DNA from: Balanoglossus misakiensis
Taxonomy: Eukaryota > Animalia > Hemichordata
Direction: 5' to 3'
NCBI GenBank assembly: GCA_040954595.2
Contig: CM082579.2
Location: 3,771,227-3,835,226, forward strand
DNA length: 64,000 bases
The notes beneath the pieces were generated by a model, which saw only the letters and a list, made by a program, of their open reading frames with translations, ran no database searches and had not been told where the DNA came from. The position numbers were made by a program, and so were the translations under genes. The stretch's first letter is position 1, and the number at the start of each line of letters is the position of its first letter. This document shows, piece by piece, positions 13,601 through 27,200 of this stretch.

Positions 13601-16600
13601 TATTGCTTCGGTCCCCATGGCAGCTGTTGTGTATTAACACTATCAGTCCCATCTTGTGTTGGACCCTTTTTACCTTGAGAAGTCTAAAAGCTGCAAACAA
13701 AATTTAATGATGTTTTTGTGACCCGGGCAAAATACTGTAGAAAAAAAATCTGATCTGCTAACTCTCAAATATTTAATTTGCAGCTAAAGGCCACCGGGTC
13801 CCAATTCACGAGCTTTAATCCATGCCAGAATGGGAAGCTTTTTGCACTTCTGAAATACTTTTTCAAAACAAATGATTTGACTTTAAGTGGATTTGTTTTA
13901 CATCTTAAGTTTCTGACTTCTTTCAGAGTGTCACCCGCGAGTCAAGGAGACCAGGGCAAATCTGACTGAGTTAAACCCACATCCGTTTTACTATTTGCCT
14001 TGTAATTACTGCCACAAATACCAAGTTGCCTATCAGTTCGACAAACAAGAAAAAAAGAAGAGTAAATAAAAAACAAAATCCGCACATGTTACTGGGGCAT
14101 GTAGAGGCCAACCTGTTATTTATTCAACCCTGTGATTGAAAAAAAAATTCAAGAAGGCTGAGCGCCAAAAAATGTTTGCAAAAATTTAGCGTATTCGTAC
14201 AGCGGCCACTGTAAATCGGTAACGTTGCTAAATTCCTCTAAGTTTCGTAACTATAATGCAGGTGAATGCTATGACAAATTCTACATGATGCATATTGAAA
14301 AACTCTAAAGGAAGTACAAACTTTAGAAACCCTACCTCTTTCTCCAACTCAAAAAACGATCCAAACAAAAAACAGACCCTCTGTACGTACATACAATTAT
14401 TAAATAACACAAATTGCTCAATGTGATTCCATTGATTGCAAAAACGTGAATTTTTCCCCTATCTTATGCGAATGCTGAGCGCACTGGGAAACGTGCACCC
14501 AGGATCGCGACTCTGACGCGTCAAGAAATGAACCGGGAATGTGTACTTGGCACTTGTACTTGGCACAATCAGACGGCTGAACTAAACAAGGGAAGGACAT
14601 TTCCACAGACGGAACCCGGGGATGACAAATGAGGTGTGTATCTGAAAGCAAGGCTACAACCGATTTGTTTAGGGTATCTAGTCGAGTACTGATAACCCCG
14701 GCACAATTGCATTTGACCTTTACAAATAGCATCCACAAAGCCTTGTTTAATTTCCACTGGTAATCAATGGTAGGACACCATGTCGCTTCCTGCGAACGCT
14801 CAATCAGGAACAAACACCTCTAAGTGACTATACACGAAATGAAAATATTACTGTTATTTCGCAATTACGGGTACACACAGAGTATAGTGGACAAGTTATG
14901 GCGTACGTACTACGTGTACTGGGGCAAATACATGCACACCGGTCCCTGCAGGTGCATCCATTTGTAACAACCCCCCCCCCCTGCACCTCCTTCTGTGGAG
15001 AAGCCAATCCGTTTCGCAAATTTGCAAAAGCAGAAAAACGATTTAGTTGATATTTTTTTTCTGCGTGCGCGCTGTTGTTGCGCGGCTGAGAACAGCTGTA
15101 CTTGATCAGAGCGTAAGTAATACCGTGCCACCGTAAATGAAATTCTAATTAATGTGTTGCACTCAAAGAGTGAGCACAGCTCAGTTCAGCCGGCCGATTT
15201 TCGATTTTCCTGTACTCCATTGAAATTTCAACTGCTACGCGATGCACAAAGCTACGACTTCATTCTGTGAATACCACGTATATAAACGACTGAAAATTAA
15301 GTAATTCCATGCAAATTTCATAAGTGATTTATCAAAGTGCTTAATATCGGGCACTTTTTCTACCCCCTTTTTTTTAAACGCCAACGTTCAATTCAATGCA
15401 CAAGAGGCTTATCCCCCCAAAAGCCTGAATAATGGACACATTAAGCAGTTTTTTTTTACTGCTCGGCTCAACGGGCTGTCAGAATATGTTTTAATACAAA
15501 AAAATATGAATTTCAGCAACCACTTATGATAAAGGACGATTCAACAAGGGAAAATTTTCAATTACCATACCAAAGCCCGTCATTGATGCAATTTGGAAGT
15601 CCTTCTTTTTAAGTTTTCTGTCGGACGAAAATTGCCTGATTAGTCTGGCAAAGCACGCCCCTTGTGTTTTTTGAAACTCCTGACAAATCTCCGAGAACTT
15701 TGTTTTTATACAATTGCCGTGTCACATCTTTTGCATTGATTTTTCCATGGCGACACAAATCATGCATAAGACCTGGTCTGCAATTACACAAATTCGGTCC
15801 ACGCGCTAATCACAGGAACACGAGTTTCTGTTAAATCCAGACAAAATTTCACTGGATCTGGAAATTTTGAGACTTTCGCACAGAAAATTCCAATGACATT
15901 AGGCAATGTTGGTAGTTCTGTTACTGTTTCCGTTCGCTGATGGTTTCAGTGTGAGAAACATTCTTCAGTATCAGAATAATAAATTGCACAGAATTTACGA
16001 CAACAAAAAACATTCCATAGAATTTATGATTACAACACCGGCCAGCGCTGTAGAATTCTTCAAGTAGTTATAAAATGTGTACAGCTCTGTACAGTATTTT
16101 ACAAGTTTCACCAAGTTCTTTGGCAGTATAGTCATCAATAACCTGTATTGGTTTGTATTGTAATTATGTAATAATACCCGGTATTGCATCCAGTATTTTC
16201 TGTATTGTAAAATAGAAATACTATGGCATTCTCTAGGTATAATTGCAAGCATGAATTTTCAGTGTTCTGTAATATTACAATTATAAACTCAACAGCATTC
16301 TTAAGTATGGGAAGTGTACACTTTTCGATCTACAATCAAAAGTCACTGAAAAACACATTTTGTTCATTATGTGCCCTTTCTTGTTTTCGCTTATCTTGGC
16401 ACTTAGACCACTTTTTATTTTTATTTATAATTTTTTATGATATTTTATGAGCAACTTTCCAGTGACCTGGGTGATCTTTCAGTTTAAAGTATTTGCTTCC
16501 ACACCTGGTGAGCAATAAAAAGTTGGAGTAAATAGTCATATAGAGTCGGCGGCAGTCAAGAAGATTTACGATATTCCATACTTCCCGACCTTGATTTATG

Positions 16601-19600
16601 GCGCAAGTGAACACACGCTGGCTGCCTCCCTACAAAAGGGAATTAAATAAAATGCCATATTTCACTTGGTTACTGAACAATTTGTCCTGATTAAAACAAT
16701 TTGAAGCTGAGCAGACCCCCGTTATATCCAAAACAGTATAATGTGGGAGTAAATCTGACTGTGCTGGTGGACCACAACGACCAAAAGTGACGACTCTGTG
16801 AAAAAAACTTACTATGAAAGTAAACTGCTACTGGACAAAAAGTTCTGTAAAGCAGAGAAAAATCTTGGGAATTGAGGTGCTGAAAATATCTATTTATTTA
16901 AAAAAAATATCTCTCATGTGTGTTTTCTTTAAATTTCAGATTCTGCACATCCTTGCAAGAGTAGTAGTTGATTTGAAGCCCCCTCATTGACCTTGGAGTT
17001 GACACCCCTTCACAGAAATAGTACAACCCACACGACTACTACTGGTACTAGTACATTTCATCCTGACATTAACATGGCTATTTTTGTTGCCCCATTCACT
17101 CTGCCAATAGTCATGAAAGTGATTATTGTGAAGTTGAAAACAGCTTTTGCCAAAAACAAAAAAATTGGGAGCCATATAGGAGAAAAAGACAAGACAATAC
17201 TTGACTTACAAGTGTCGAAAGGAACACTTTCATAAGTCCACAAGGTGGCCGGTCATACACATGTACGACCAACAAGGCCATGATGTGACCATATGGCCAT
17301 ATGGTGACAATCCAACCCTGGGAGGATGACAATCTCCTGCATATGGGACATGTTGTGACCACATACATCCACATGATCACACAATGTGGTCATACACAGC
17401 ATGTGGTGTGATGAAACTATCAACATAAAAGTATGTAAATGTCAATATTTTCCTGGATTAATCATTATCCCATACTGATCTGTGGTAAATTCCAAGACTA
17501 CAGCAACAAAACTTGCACCACCAACAGCCCCGTCCCTCAGTTCAAAACTTGCCCTTAAAAAGAAGTCTCCACTCATGATTTAAACACCGCAATATGGCCG
17601 AAAACCATTTATCATTTTCAGGGGGTTTAACGACACGTCGTTTTCTGACAATTGAACCGAACACAAAAAATAAATTCAATGCTTTGTAATAAATAGTGCT
17701 ACTCCATTGCCTTTCTTAATGGGAAGACCAATTCCTAAGATTGCACTAAAACACTGTCTCGTATCCCTTTTACTGCGGTCGTATTCACTCAGCTTAAACA
17801 CTCACATAAAGACCGTCAGTGGAAATGATAAGTCCAAATCTGACAGTTTAGTTCTTTTATTTGTATTTTTATACAGTGGTCAATATCAGTAAACTGAATG
17901 CTTTCATTTAACAAACCCATGTCGTTATAACACCTGGACCAAGCACCTTTTTGTTCCAATTTTTTTAAATAAAGGAACAAAATTCAACACATAGTTGGTT
18001 TCTTTTAATGTTCACTGATACAATTGTGAATTCCTCCGAGGGGGGGGGGGGTATCAGTGGAGAATGGATTGACAACAAACATACAGAGTAACATAACAGA
18101 GGAAAATTTTATTTAGTCCATTAAGCAATGCTGCAGACACACATCTAGTTTATTTGCATGGATTTGATAAGAGCTGATAAGGGCAGAATTTCGGCTGCAC
18201 TTAAAACACTTGAAAAAAAAAAGATGACACCATACACACTGAACTGTGAATTGAAATATTAAACAGTATGGATTAAAATCGAGAGCACAACTAGATGGCT
18301 GGGAACATCACATCATCTGTGTCTAATCTTGCATGGTGACAGCGTAAAAGTTCAAAATGATCATATATTTTTTCTCCCCCCCCCCCTTTTTTTTCATTTT
18401 TTTACAAATTTTCTTCTCTGGTGGTACGAAGGAGAGAGGCAAGGAATAAGTGTATGTGTGAAAGTAATCATTACGTAATAATACAAAATTATTGAAATTT
18501 TAAGATGCATTTCTTATAAGGGGGTGATAGTGTGGCAAGTACATGTGGGAGGTGGTAAGGGGGGGGGGGGTGGAGACTTATAGTTGAGGGACAGGAAGAT
18601 GGTACTTTGGGAAGCAGGAGGGTTTGGGTTGTAAGGATGTTCACCCTGGCCGAGTGGTACAAAGAGGGGGGGGGGTGAAACCATAGTAACGGAAAGGAGG
18701 GGGGCAAGGGGTAGTGCTGTTTTGGTGAGACTGGGAGGGAGCTTGTTTGGGGGACAATCGATACATATCTGTAGCCAAAATGCAATCAGTCTAAAGCTAC
18801 CTATCGTTATCTGTACATCTATCTTGATGTACATGTAGGTTTAGTTGAAATGATTCATGGGCCAACAGTAGTTTAACTTCAGATATTAACAGTAGCTAGC
18901 GTTATCGTCCAGGTAGACGGTGGCAAAATTACACCCTGTATACATGTATGTTAACTTCACCACTGAGTCCCACAAAAAAGTTAAAAAAAAATATTTTCAC
19001 AGTGGGAAAACAATTAAATATTCCCAAATAACTGCAGACAAAAGCTCTAACTGATTGTCAACAAGCACAGCGTATATGTCTTTATCAGCCCTCTGGGTGG
19101 CAAGCACTCTCAACAAACAACTTTACAAAACAACCATTTATTTTCTTTGTTTGTTTTTGTTTGGTGAGTTTACTTATGACAGTGACTTTTAAAAAATGTA
19201 GAAAATGACACCGCGAAGAGCAGAATGTCATTATCTGAATTCCAAGTGTTAAACATCAATCTGCATGACCTCTATTAAACAAACGCGACATTTTGGTTTT
19301 TCACAGACTCCAAGTTCAAAGTCTTGCACTTTTGGGAGAAAAAGCTATCTGACCTGCAAAACAAAGGCAGTAAAGTTTCTGCAAATTATTTGTGTGTGTC
19401 CAATATTGTGGAGAAATCTCCTTTACCTTACTTTTTTATATTTTCCTTAGGAATAAATAACCCGGTATGTTGTGAATTGGTGCTTGGGCTACACTTCAGG
19501 AAATTCGAACAGAGGCGACTTTTATGGGTTGTGTTCAAACTATGGGGTTTAATTTCAGCAATGAAGTGGCCGATAAACAATGGTTTTCTATTACTGAGTG

Positions 19601-20219
19601 AAATACGCAGGAATAAATTGAATCTATTGTGTGGGGGTACCTTGCTGGTGACAGAATGAATGAATAGCTGGGCCTTTTAAGATTTAGGGAAAGGAGGGGG
19701 GGTTAGTTCTAAATCATGTCAAACACACATTCCCCCTCTCTCCTCCCTCTTTTCATTTCGACAGATCACGGTCAAATGTAAATTTTTACTATCTGGTGCG
19801 CCATGAACCCAACATGCATGTGTGCCCTCAAAAGAACGGCCGCCATAGTCCTGCAGCTTTCAAAGGAAAAAACTAACACTAACAAACAGCATTATAAAAG
19901 ACATCACCCATTCATACAAAAGTGAAATGCATAAAGTGTTGTCGCGCACATGATCCCTTGTTCAAATTGTTGTTCTTTTCTATACTCCCCTCTCTTTTTC
20001 AAAAAAAAATAAAACAGGACAGAACAGTACTGGAAGAATTAATCTAACAAAACACCTCTTGTAAAATTTTATGACACTTTCCAGAGCTGAATTTAGGACA
20101 ATCAATATTGCCGAAAGAAACATTTTATCACAAATGTCACAATTAACGAGTACAACTATATGTTAGGTGGTTTCTATAATTGTTGCTCTTTCTTGTTTCT
20201 GCAGGTAGGCAAAACGGAT

Positions 20220-20760
20220 CATCAACATTCGGTTTCTGTCAACGGGTGGATGTTTTCACAATGAAATTAAAGCGAAGGCTACGTGCACAGTACAGAGCCG
20301 GTCCTGTACAGCTTGGCCTACGGACATTGGAAATTCAAAATTTACTTTGATCGTCCCGTGTTCGTTTCTCACTGCAACCGGGACGCTGCCTTGTAAACGT
20401 TCGCGCGTATCATGATTTGGAGCCCCGGGAGAAAAGGGGGCAATCGCGTTCCTCCTTTCCTTGATGTGTTTCGCCGATTACACCACGCGGTGAATGTTTA
20501 TTAGAAAGTAGGTACGTTCGGGTAACTAGCAAATCGTCGTTTTTATAACACACCAGCAAGGCTACTTGGCCTGGGTTAGGTCACGCACGCCGCGCCGTCC
20601 GCGTCCGCGCGCGCGTCCACACTCAACCCGTCGCGCAGGGAAACCGGGACGCGCAAACTCCCGCACCTTCTCTTCCCCATCCCACCACTTTCCACGCAAG
20701 CCATAGGCGCCAAGATCGCGGATTATTTCGCGAACGTCGTCTGGAAAACTTTGTGCTGGC
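20220..20760. promoter_or_regulatory. CpG/GC-rich island in the dachshund intron next to the DD1 exon
   Basis: Dense CpG runs such as cacgccgcgccgtccgcgtccgcgcgcgcgtcc, against CpG-poor sequence further into the intron. Confidence 0.5.
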
Positions 20761-21087
20761 TAAGAAGTACAACTTGGCGAACAAACAAGGGTTAAAATAA
20801 CACTTTTTATGGCTTCCCTTTCAGCAAATTCACTGGCTCTCCCTGAAACAGTTAACACTTTCTAATCCGGGCTTCGCCTTTCAAATACCCGGTAAATTTC
20901 GATGAATCTTCAGTGAATGCGTAACAGTAATCGACTGTGTGATTAAATGTGTAAAAAGAAGATCTGGAATGGGTCTCCTTCTCGGGAAAGTGGGGGCTGA
21001 CCTGCAGAGTAAAGGAGTTAGTGTACTGTGTGTGTAATTACATACTTGTGAATTAACAATACACGACGAATGTACACATTTCATTAC

Positions 21088-21491
21088 CTTGCAGTGGTAC
21101 AGTCATTGTACAGAACGTCAAACTCTTCGCGGGTCACCAGTTTACAGCGGTTCACTCCGGGCTGGATGGCACCCAAACCCCGCAAGATTCTAACTTGTTC
21201 AACGTTACATACAACAGGTGTGATGTCCAATCGTTTCAGTTTCGTGTATACCGTGTGTAGACCGCCGACCAAATGCTTTAGAAACAAGTCAAACGCTTGA
21301 GGCAGGCAGATCATCTCCCGTCCCTCGATCGAGAAGCTGGCCACTTTAGCTCCGCGATATTCGACCATCTTACACTCGTTATTCGCTGGGTCATTGCTGA
21401 CTGGCGGTGGAGTGCTGTAAGCTGGTTTGTCGAGTTTGAACAAAACTTGTGTCGGTGTATTCAGCGATGTACTCACGCCAGTCAAAGCCAT
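21088..21491 (-). CDS. DACH: Dachshund homolog, DD1 (SKI/SNO/DAC) domain exon; partial gene, later exons beyond the left edge
   Basis: Translates MALTGVSTSLNTPTQVLFKLDKPAYSTPPPVSNDPANNECKMVEYRGAKVASFSIEGREMICLPQAFDLFLKHLVGGLHTVYTKLKRLDITPVVCNVEQVRILRGLGAIQPGVNRCKLVTREEFDVLYNDCTTA, the near-invariant Dach DD1 box. Ends in a phase-2 donor GCA AG|GTAATG, the position of the vertebrate DACH exon-1 boundary. The next exon (SRPGRPPKR-like) was not found in 1-21087. Confidence 0.97.
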
Positions 21492-23962
21492 CGTGTACGG
21501 GAGATCTTCTCTTTGAAGGCAGAATGAAATACATGTACACAATGCGCACAGCGTGTTTTCACGCAAAGGTCATGGACTTTACCATTCTTTCGCGGGTGGC
21601 GAAGCACTGCCTGACAGCCCGAGCTCGGCGGGGCAGGTTCTGAACACGGTCTGAACAAAAAAGCTATCTCGCAGACAAAGCGATGCAGTGTTCCCGAAAT
21701 CCAATCTAAATGTGACGATTTCCTTTCAAACCAAGACGAGCGAAATTTAAAAAGGGACAGACACGGGTACGGACGAGTTGACGCATCACCACCTCCACTC
21801 AGCCCGAACTATTTGTACAAAACGTATAAATCATTTTTTAAACCTCCTCTCATTGGACTCAATATAATAATAGATTTTATGGTTATTTGTAATTGCATTT
21901 GACTTTCAATAACTAAATAAATCCATTTTCAATTTACTTTGAGGATTGTTGTACAATTTACACTAATAGCTTGTGCCAGAAATACTGGATTACGCATTCA
22001 TCCTCTGATTAAAATATGCAGGCGAAAATTGCAAAGCGCAATTTAGAAGAGACACCCACATTTAAATGCGTTCTTATTGTACGTCTGCTTTGTCAAACCC
22101 AATCGAAACGTTTTCCAGAGCCGGAATTATATCTCCTTTGTCTTTCATTTAATAAATAAGAACATTTCGCGTCGCGCACATGCCCTCGGTGCTTTTTCCG
22201 ACGAAGATTTTTTCCGAGCCATAAATTTCTAATAAGGCTTTCAAAATAAGAACGTTTGGCATTTTCCAGATTTCGATCGGAAAACTAATGGAAAGTAATA
22301 TCCAGTTGGCGCCGCGAATATATTTTCCGCACGCCCGGTCTTCAAGTGCCACCGGCTCTTAAAATTCGCTTTCCGCCGTATGTTGTTATGATATTCGGCA
22401 GAGGAGCTCAACGTATCCACCTTGTCTGCCAGTGAGGGCTATTCAAAGTTTGCCTAATAAGAAAAACTATCTCGGATTTCACAGAATAAGGCGGTTCGAT
22501 ATCGTTTCATCAGTTTCTATGTCTACAGTGGGCTGATGATTATACGCAGCGACAGGGCCTAAAACCTCATGGCCATTGCATTGTATACAAAAGATTGATC
22601 TGGCCTGCTAGTGTGTACTCTGGGATTGAGATACTTTTTGTCTTTTCTTTTTTTGACCCGCTCGGTTATTTCCATTTCGCGAAAAAATATGATCTTCTGG
22701 GCGATTAACACAACGGAGTTTACTGTTATCGATGTCTATAAAGGCCTCAAAGTACAGAAAACCCCCGCTTAGGTTGTTATGTGTATTTTTATTTTCGGAG
22801 AAAACAAACAAAATTACTAACAAGACGACCATGACTTGGTAGGCCTAATTTGTTCAATATTTACAATTGTTTAGAAGACGTGGAATTTGCGTTTCAATAA
22901 ATGAGATATTATTTTTCTCGGATGTTTTTTTTACTCATCCATATGGTTTCTATGCCAACCGGCCTGAAGACGATCGGTTTTTGTTGTTTATTTGCGTATC
23001 TGTTGCTATATTTTGTTTGTTTCAGAACCATTCGCATTTTAATACATAATTTCGTGCATTTGTCTGCACGCATGCCCGTTGAGCTCAATGCAGACATGGG
23101 CAATTGTGCACCGTCTCGCCCTTTTTTTCTTACTCAACAACACTAGTACCAGCAAAGATTGCGTGCTAGGAGCAGGTTTTATATTGACTCAAGCTTTTCG
23201 TCGGCGCTGAGCGCTGTCGACATGACGGCGCTACCAGCGGAAATCAGATTGCTCAGATCCGTGAAATGTGCCTCAGTTCTTCGACACAAATAGTCCAGCG
23301 GAATCGCGTAATAAAGGCAAAGCGAGAAAAATCCCAACTTTTAATATAGATACGCACAAAAAAAACATTTGGTTAAATTCACACGCAAAATGTGTAAGCC
23401 TTGCGTGTGAAAGAAATTGTATTAATGGAAAGCTGTAAAATCCAATCTTTTATTAAATTTGGTGACACCAGTCGGTACGGCCTTCCTGCTATTGAAAGCT
23501 TAACATCGAGCGAGACTTATTTATGCGAAATATTAAATACAGTTGTTTCTCAAAATGCCACTATTCACATAAGCAATAGATACAACGGTACTAACTTTTC
23601 AATATATATTAATTTTTAATATCGTTCCGATTTTAATTCAGAAAATCTTGGCGCTTAAGGTTTAGGCTAAGCAACTTAAACGATTTAGTCAGCTAACAAG
23701 ACCCAACTTGTAGCAAACACTTATATTATTTTTTTAATTTTGTCAATTGTGCTAGAGGAAAATTCTGTAACAGCTGTGACGATTTTATATTATGATCTCG
23801 ACGTTGCGCATTTCAAACCAAAATGTTATACTCGGAATGGAATGTTGCCATGAAAACGTTTAGATCAGTTTGGGTGACCGATTCAGTTGTCGAAGGCAAG
23901 CGTTACAGAATTACCGGGACTGAACGCAGTAGATCTAGCTCTGAATCTAGAGACTGGGTTAC

Positions 23963-24090
23963 CTGTTGAAAGAAGACATCATATCCGATGGGAGAGCAGC
24001 GGATGAAGAGAGTAGACAAGGCGGCTCTCCGCAGGACTCAGCACGCATGCGGCATCTCAGTTTAACAAGGAGACTGGACAGCGCCACCAT
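23963..24090 (-). CDS. DACH: Candidate upstream first coding exon of dachshund
   Basis: Open frame MVALSSLLVKLRCRMRAESCGEPPCLLSSSAALPSDMMSSFN ends in donor AAC AG|GTAACC (phase 2). It joins in frame to acceptor ttcattctgccttcaaag|A GAA GAT at 21510, giving R-EDLPYT-MALTG. TATAAAA on the minus strand at 24155-24161. Confidence 0.55.
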
Positions 24091-24154
24091 AGACCGCGTC
24101 CGGCCTACACCAACCAGCGCAGGGCAGGCGCAATATTTCAAAGTGCTTGCGTTT

Positions 24155-24161
24155 TTTTATA
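24155..24161 (-). promoter_or_regulatory. Putative TATA box of distal dachshund promoter
   Basis: TATAAAA on the minus strand about 65 bp upstream of the ATG at 24090. Confidence 0.35.
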
Positions 24162-24181
24162 TTCTGCTGTAAGTTTATAGC

Positions 24182-24250
24182 AAATAAATAAATAAATAGA
24201 TACATGTACATAGATACATAGATACATAGATACGTTACATACATACATAC
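24182..24250. repeat. Compound (AAAT)n/(ATAC/ATAG)n microsatellite
   Basis: Read directly; lies just upstream of the putative distal dachshund promoter. Confidence 0.8.
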
Positions 24251-27200
24251 GCGACGTGGTTGTGTGCGCGTGTGAACTGATATTTATATGAAAATAATTA
24301 TACATGTAAATTATCTAAGAGAGGAGCTGTTACTCGAAATGTGGGTTTTAGAGCGACAGGTATAAAGATTTTATTTCTCAATGCCATAAAATGCGTGACA
24401 AACGAGAAAGAAATCTCTGAGAGTTACAACCATGCAATCAGAACATCCAAAGAATTAATTAAGTCGAGCTGAATAAACTCAATTGATCACGGACTTGCGT
24501 TTCATAACAATTCTCGGCATTTTTCTATTAGCTGCGCAGCAAATGAACGCTTTGAAATATACGTGTATACCCCCAAATATTGATGAATGTTTCAGTCGAA
24601 CTGTGACTATACAAGTGACAGCCTCACACAAGTCTATTATTAGTTGAAATCAATTGAATGCTCTGAAAGTATGGATCGTAACCTTAATATAAACGCAGCC
24701 CCTTTGCTTACATGTTGATGTTTAATTTATCGACTAAACTCCCAGTCAAAACGCAAAATTATTTTTTTCCCTTTTTCTTGCGTTCTGTTTCATTTCCTTT
24801 GACAATATCGCCGAACTTCAGTAATAATCGTCAGCGCCAGTGTAATTGCGTTCCTTTTGGACGTATGCACGCGATGCTATCGTGAAGAAAGTACCGTTAT
24901 TTTTTAATAAATCATTTGACTGTTATTATTACATTTCCATTGATGTTGATTTCTTTGACACGGACAGAAAAAAAGTGACAGCCGCTATTTTACAACTGAT
25001 AATAAATAGCTGAATTCTAATTTATCTTTGCGTGTGAAACGGTTCCGTCGTAATAGTTTCCATCAACGACGTTTGTATTCTCGCACGATATTTTTGCCGC
25101 AGAGAAAACGAACGAGTTCTCTTCGAGTGGTGTTCACCCTGACGCGCTGGCCTTGTTACCGCGCTTTCAAGAGGAAGTTGTCATTTTCGCTTTGCTATTT
25201 CGAATGGACAAACAACGTCCACGAAAAACGGCGAGTAAACAAATGCACTCAGACGAGAGAGGGATAGGGAAGGAGGGAGGGAGACAGACAGACAGACAGA
25301 CAGGCAGAACACAGGCAGAAAATAAAACTGTATGTGGGAAGGATGACTACGTATAGGTAAGTCAAGAATAGCCTAGCAACCGATAGTTCAAACACATTAT
25401 AGCAAACAAACAAACTAGAAGCTTGAAGAAAACTTTAAGAAGAAGATGGGTTTGGAAATGCATAGATGGCCACATGGGCTGCATGTCAGAGTGACGGGCG
25501 TGACAGATTTGCAATGAGTGACAAAGGAGCCGAAGACTTATCTGGTGACGTGACAACAGTCACGGCCCTGGTCAGTGACGGATGTAATGACAGGTTTGAG
25601 ATGACGTCACGACGGGACTTCGTGCACGTGACGATGCACCGGGTCAGAAAATCGGTGGAGATATCTTAAAGTTAGTCACGGAGACAAATGTACAATTGAT
25701 GACAGAGAAGAGAAATATCGGCACGGTACAAGACATTGACAACACAATACCCAGTGTGTTTGTTAATAAAATGCCATGAATATAAATATGAACTCGCAAC
25801 TGTTCCCTGCAATTTGTATATCGCGGAATCATTAGAAAAGTGAACAAGATCGGACAATGGGGTCAATAGTCAGCTTTTAACTTCTTTTCAAATCCATCAA
25901 ACTGCCTGCGTTGTTTGAAAAGACGCCACGGTTTAATTTGTCAACAGTCGATTTGTTTGTAGACACGAGTCGCGGAGTACAATTACTGGGCGCATGTCTA
26001 TTTCAGAAATGAAATATACAGAGCAAATACTACACACAGGATATTAAAAAATGGTAAATCGAAATGAGGGAAAATGGAACTGTGTGTGACGCAACCCGAT
26101 TCCAAACACCTGTCCTCGGCTAGCTGCACGTACACCGGCCACAGCAGTGTCGATGCGCGACTGTTTCCGAAAGTTAATCTTCGTTGTCCACGCTCTGTGA
26201 AAACGACAGAAATTCATAGAGCAAGACTGAATTCAGCGAAAGGCGGTGTTGATAAAAAATGCAAATGGCAGAGAAAGAAAAGAAAATAGGTTTGGGAGGA
26301 AACGCGGAGTAGGATTATTGCTTTCTTTTTGTTGGGAAGTTCGCCGAGATTGCCTTTTACTTTTTATTCTGAAAGCACACGCTGCCACAGATGTTTAAGC
26401 GTCAGCCTTCGCAGACAATACGCATGCAGGGCAGTCGATAAACCGAATTCCAAGGCGACGCGTACGTTTGCAAGAAACCTGCTCTTCTCAACACACAAGA
26501 CGAAGATCTATGGACAGATCACAAGCGATGAACAAATCTCGCTCTCATAAATCAAACAAAACTAATAAAATCAGCCGCTCGTTCCCCCCGAACAATTATG
26601 CGACATGCCTTCATTGTGTTAAACATACAGATCAAGCGAATGACTGAAAATAATCCCCAAATAATCTTCTGATCCTAACCAGCTCTTTCCGGTCGGAGAT
26701 ATAATTTAAAGCCGGCGGATTAATTCACGGCTGTAAATTGATCATTACATTGTAGGCCTACATGGTTGCAAGTTGATCCTTCTGCTCTTGGATACATAGG
26801 CGCCCGCGAATCAGAACTTTAATCCTTCAGTAGATCCGGTCCATTCCGATCATCCCCGCTTGCCGACTTGTTATAATCTCTTTACTGTCTTTCTTTTATG
26901 GCCACAAAATGCTGCTTTTCAGTCAATTTTGATCTTAAAGCACCGATATAGGGGAATCCAATGTGTACAGTGCACAGCCAGTGACACGCATTTTCACAGA
27001 CTTTAAAAAAATCAATATTTACGCCACTCTTTCAAATAAAAAACGCTTGAAGATTTCTGATTGAAACTTGTGCATTGAAACTACAATTCCCGAGCGGGTC
27101 TATTTTGTTTGTCACATTCTTAATAACCCGAACAATTTGTAATTGGCCAATGCGTTACCCGCGATAAATAAACGATAAATTATGGCGATTTCGATAATTA

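Noticed and set aside
21492-21566. ORF-track N-terminal extension of dachshund from a TTG start
   Set aside because: Non-ATG start; the sequence upstream of 21510 reads better as a polypyrimidine tract or 5' UTR.
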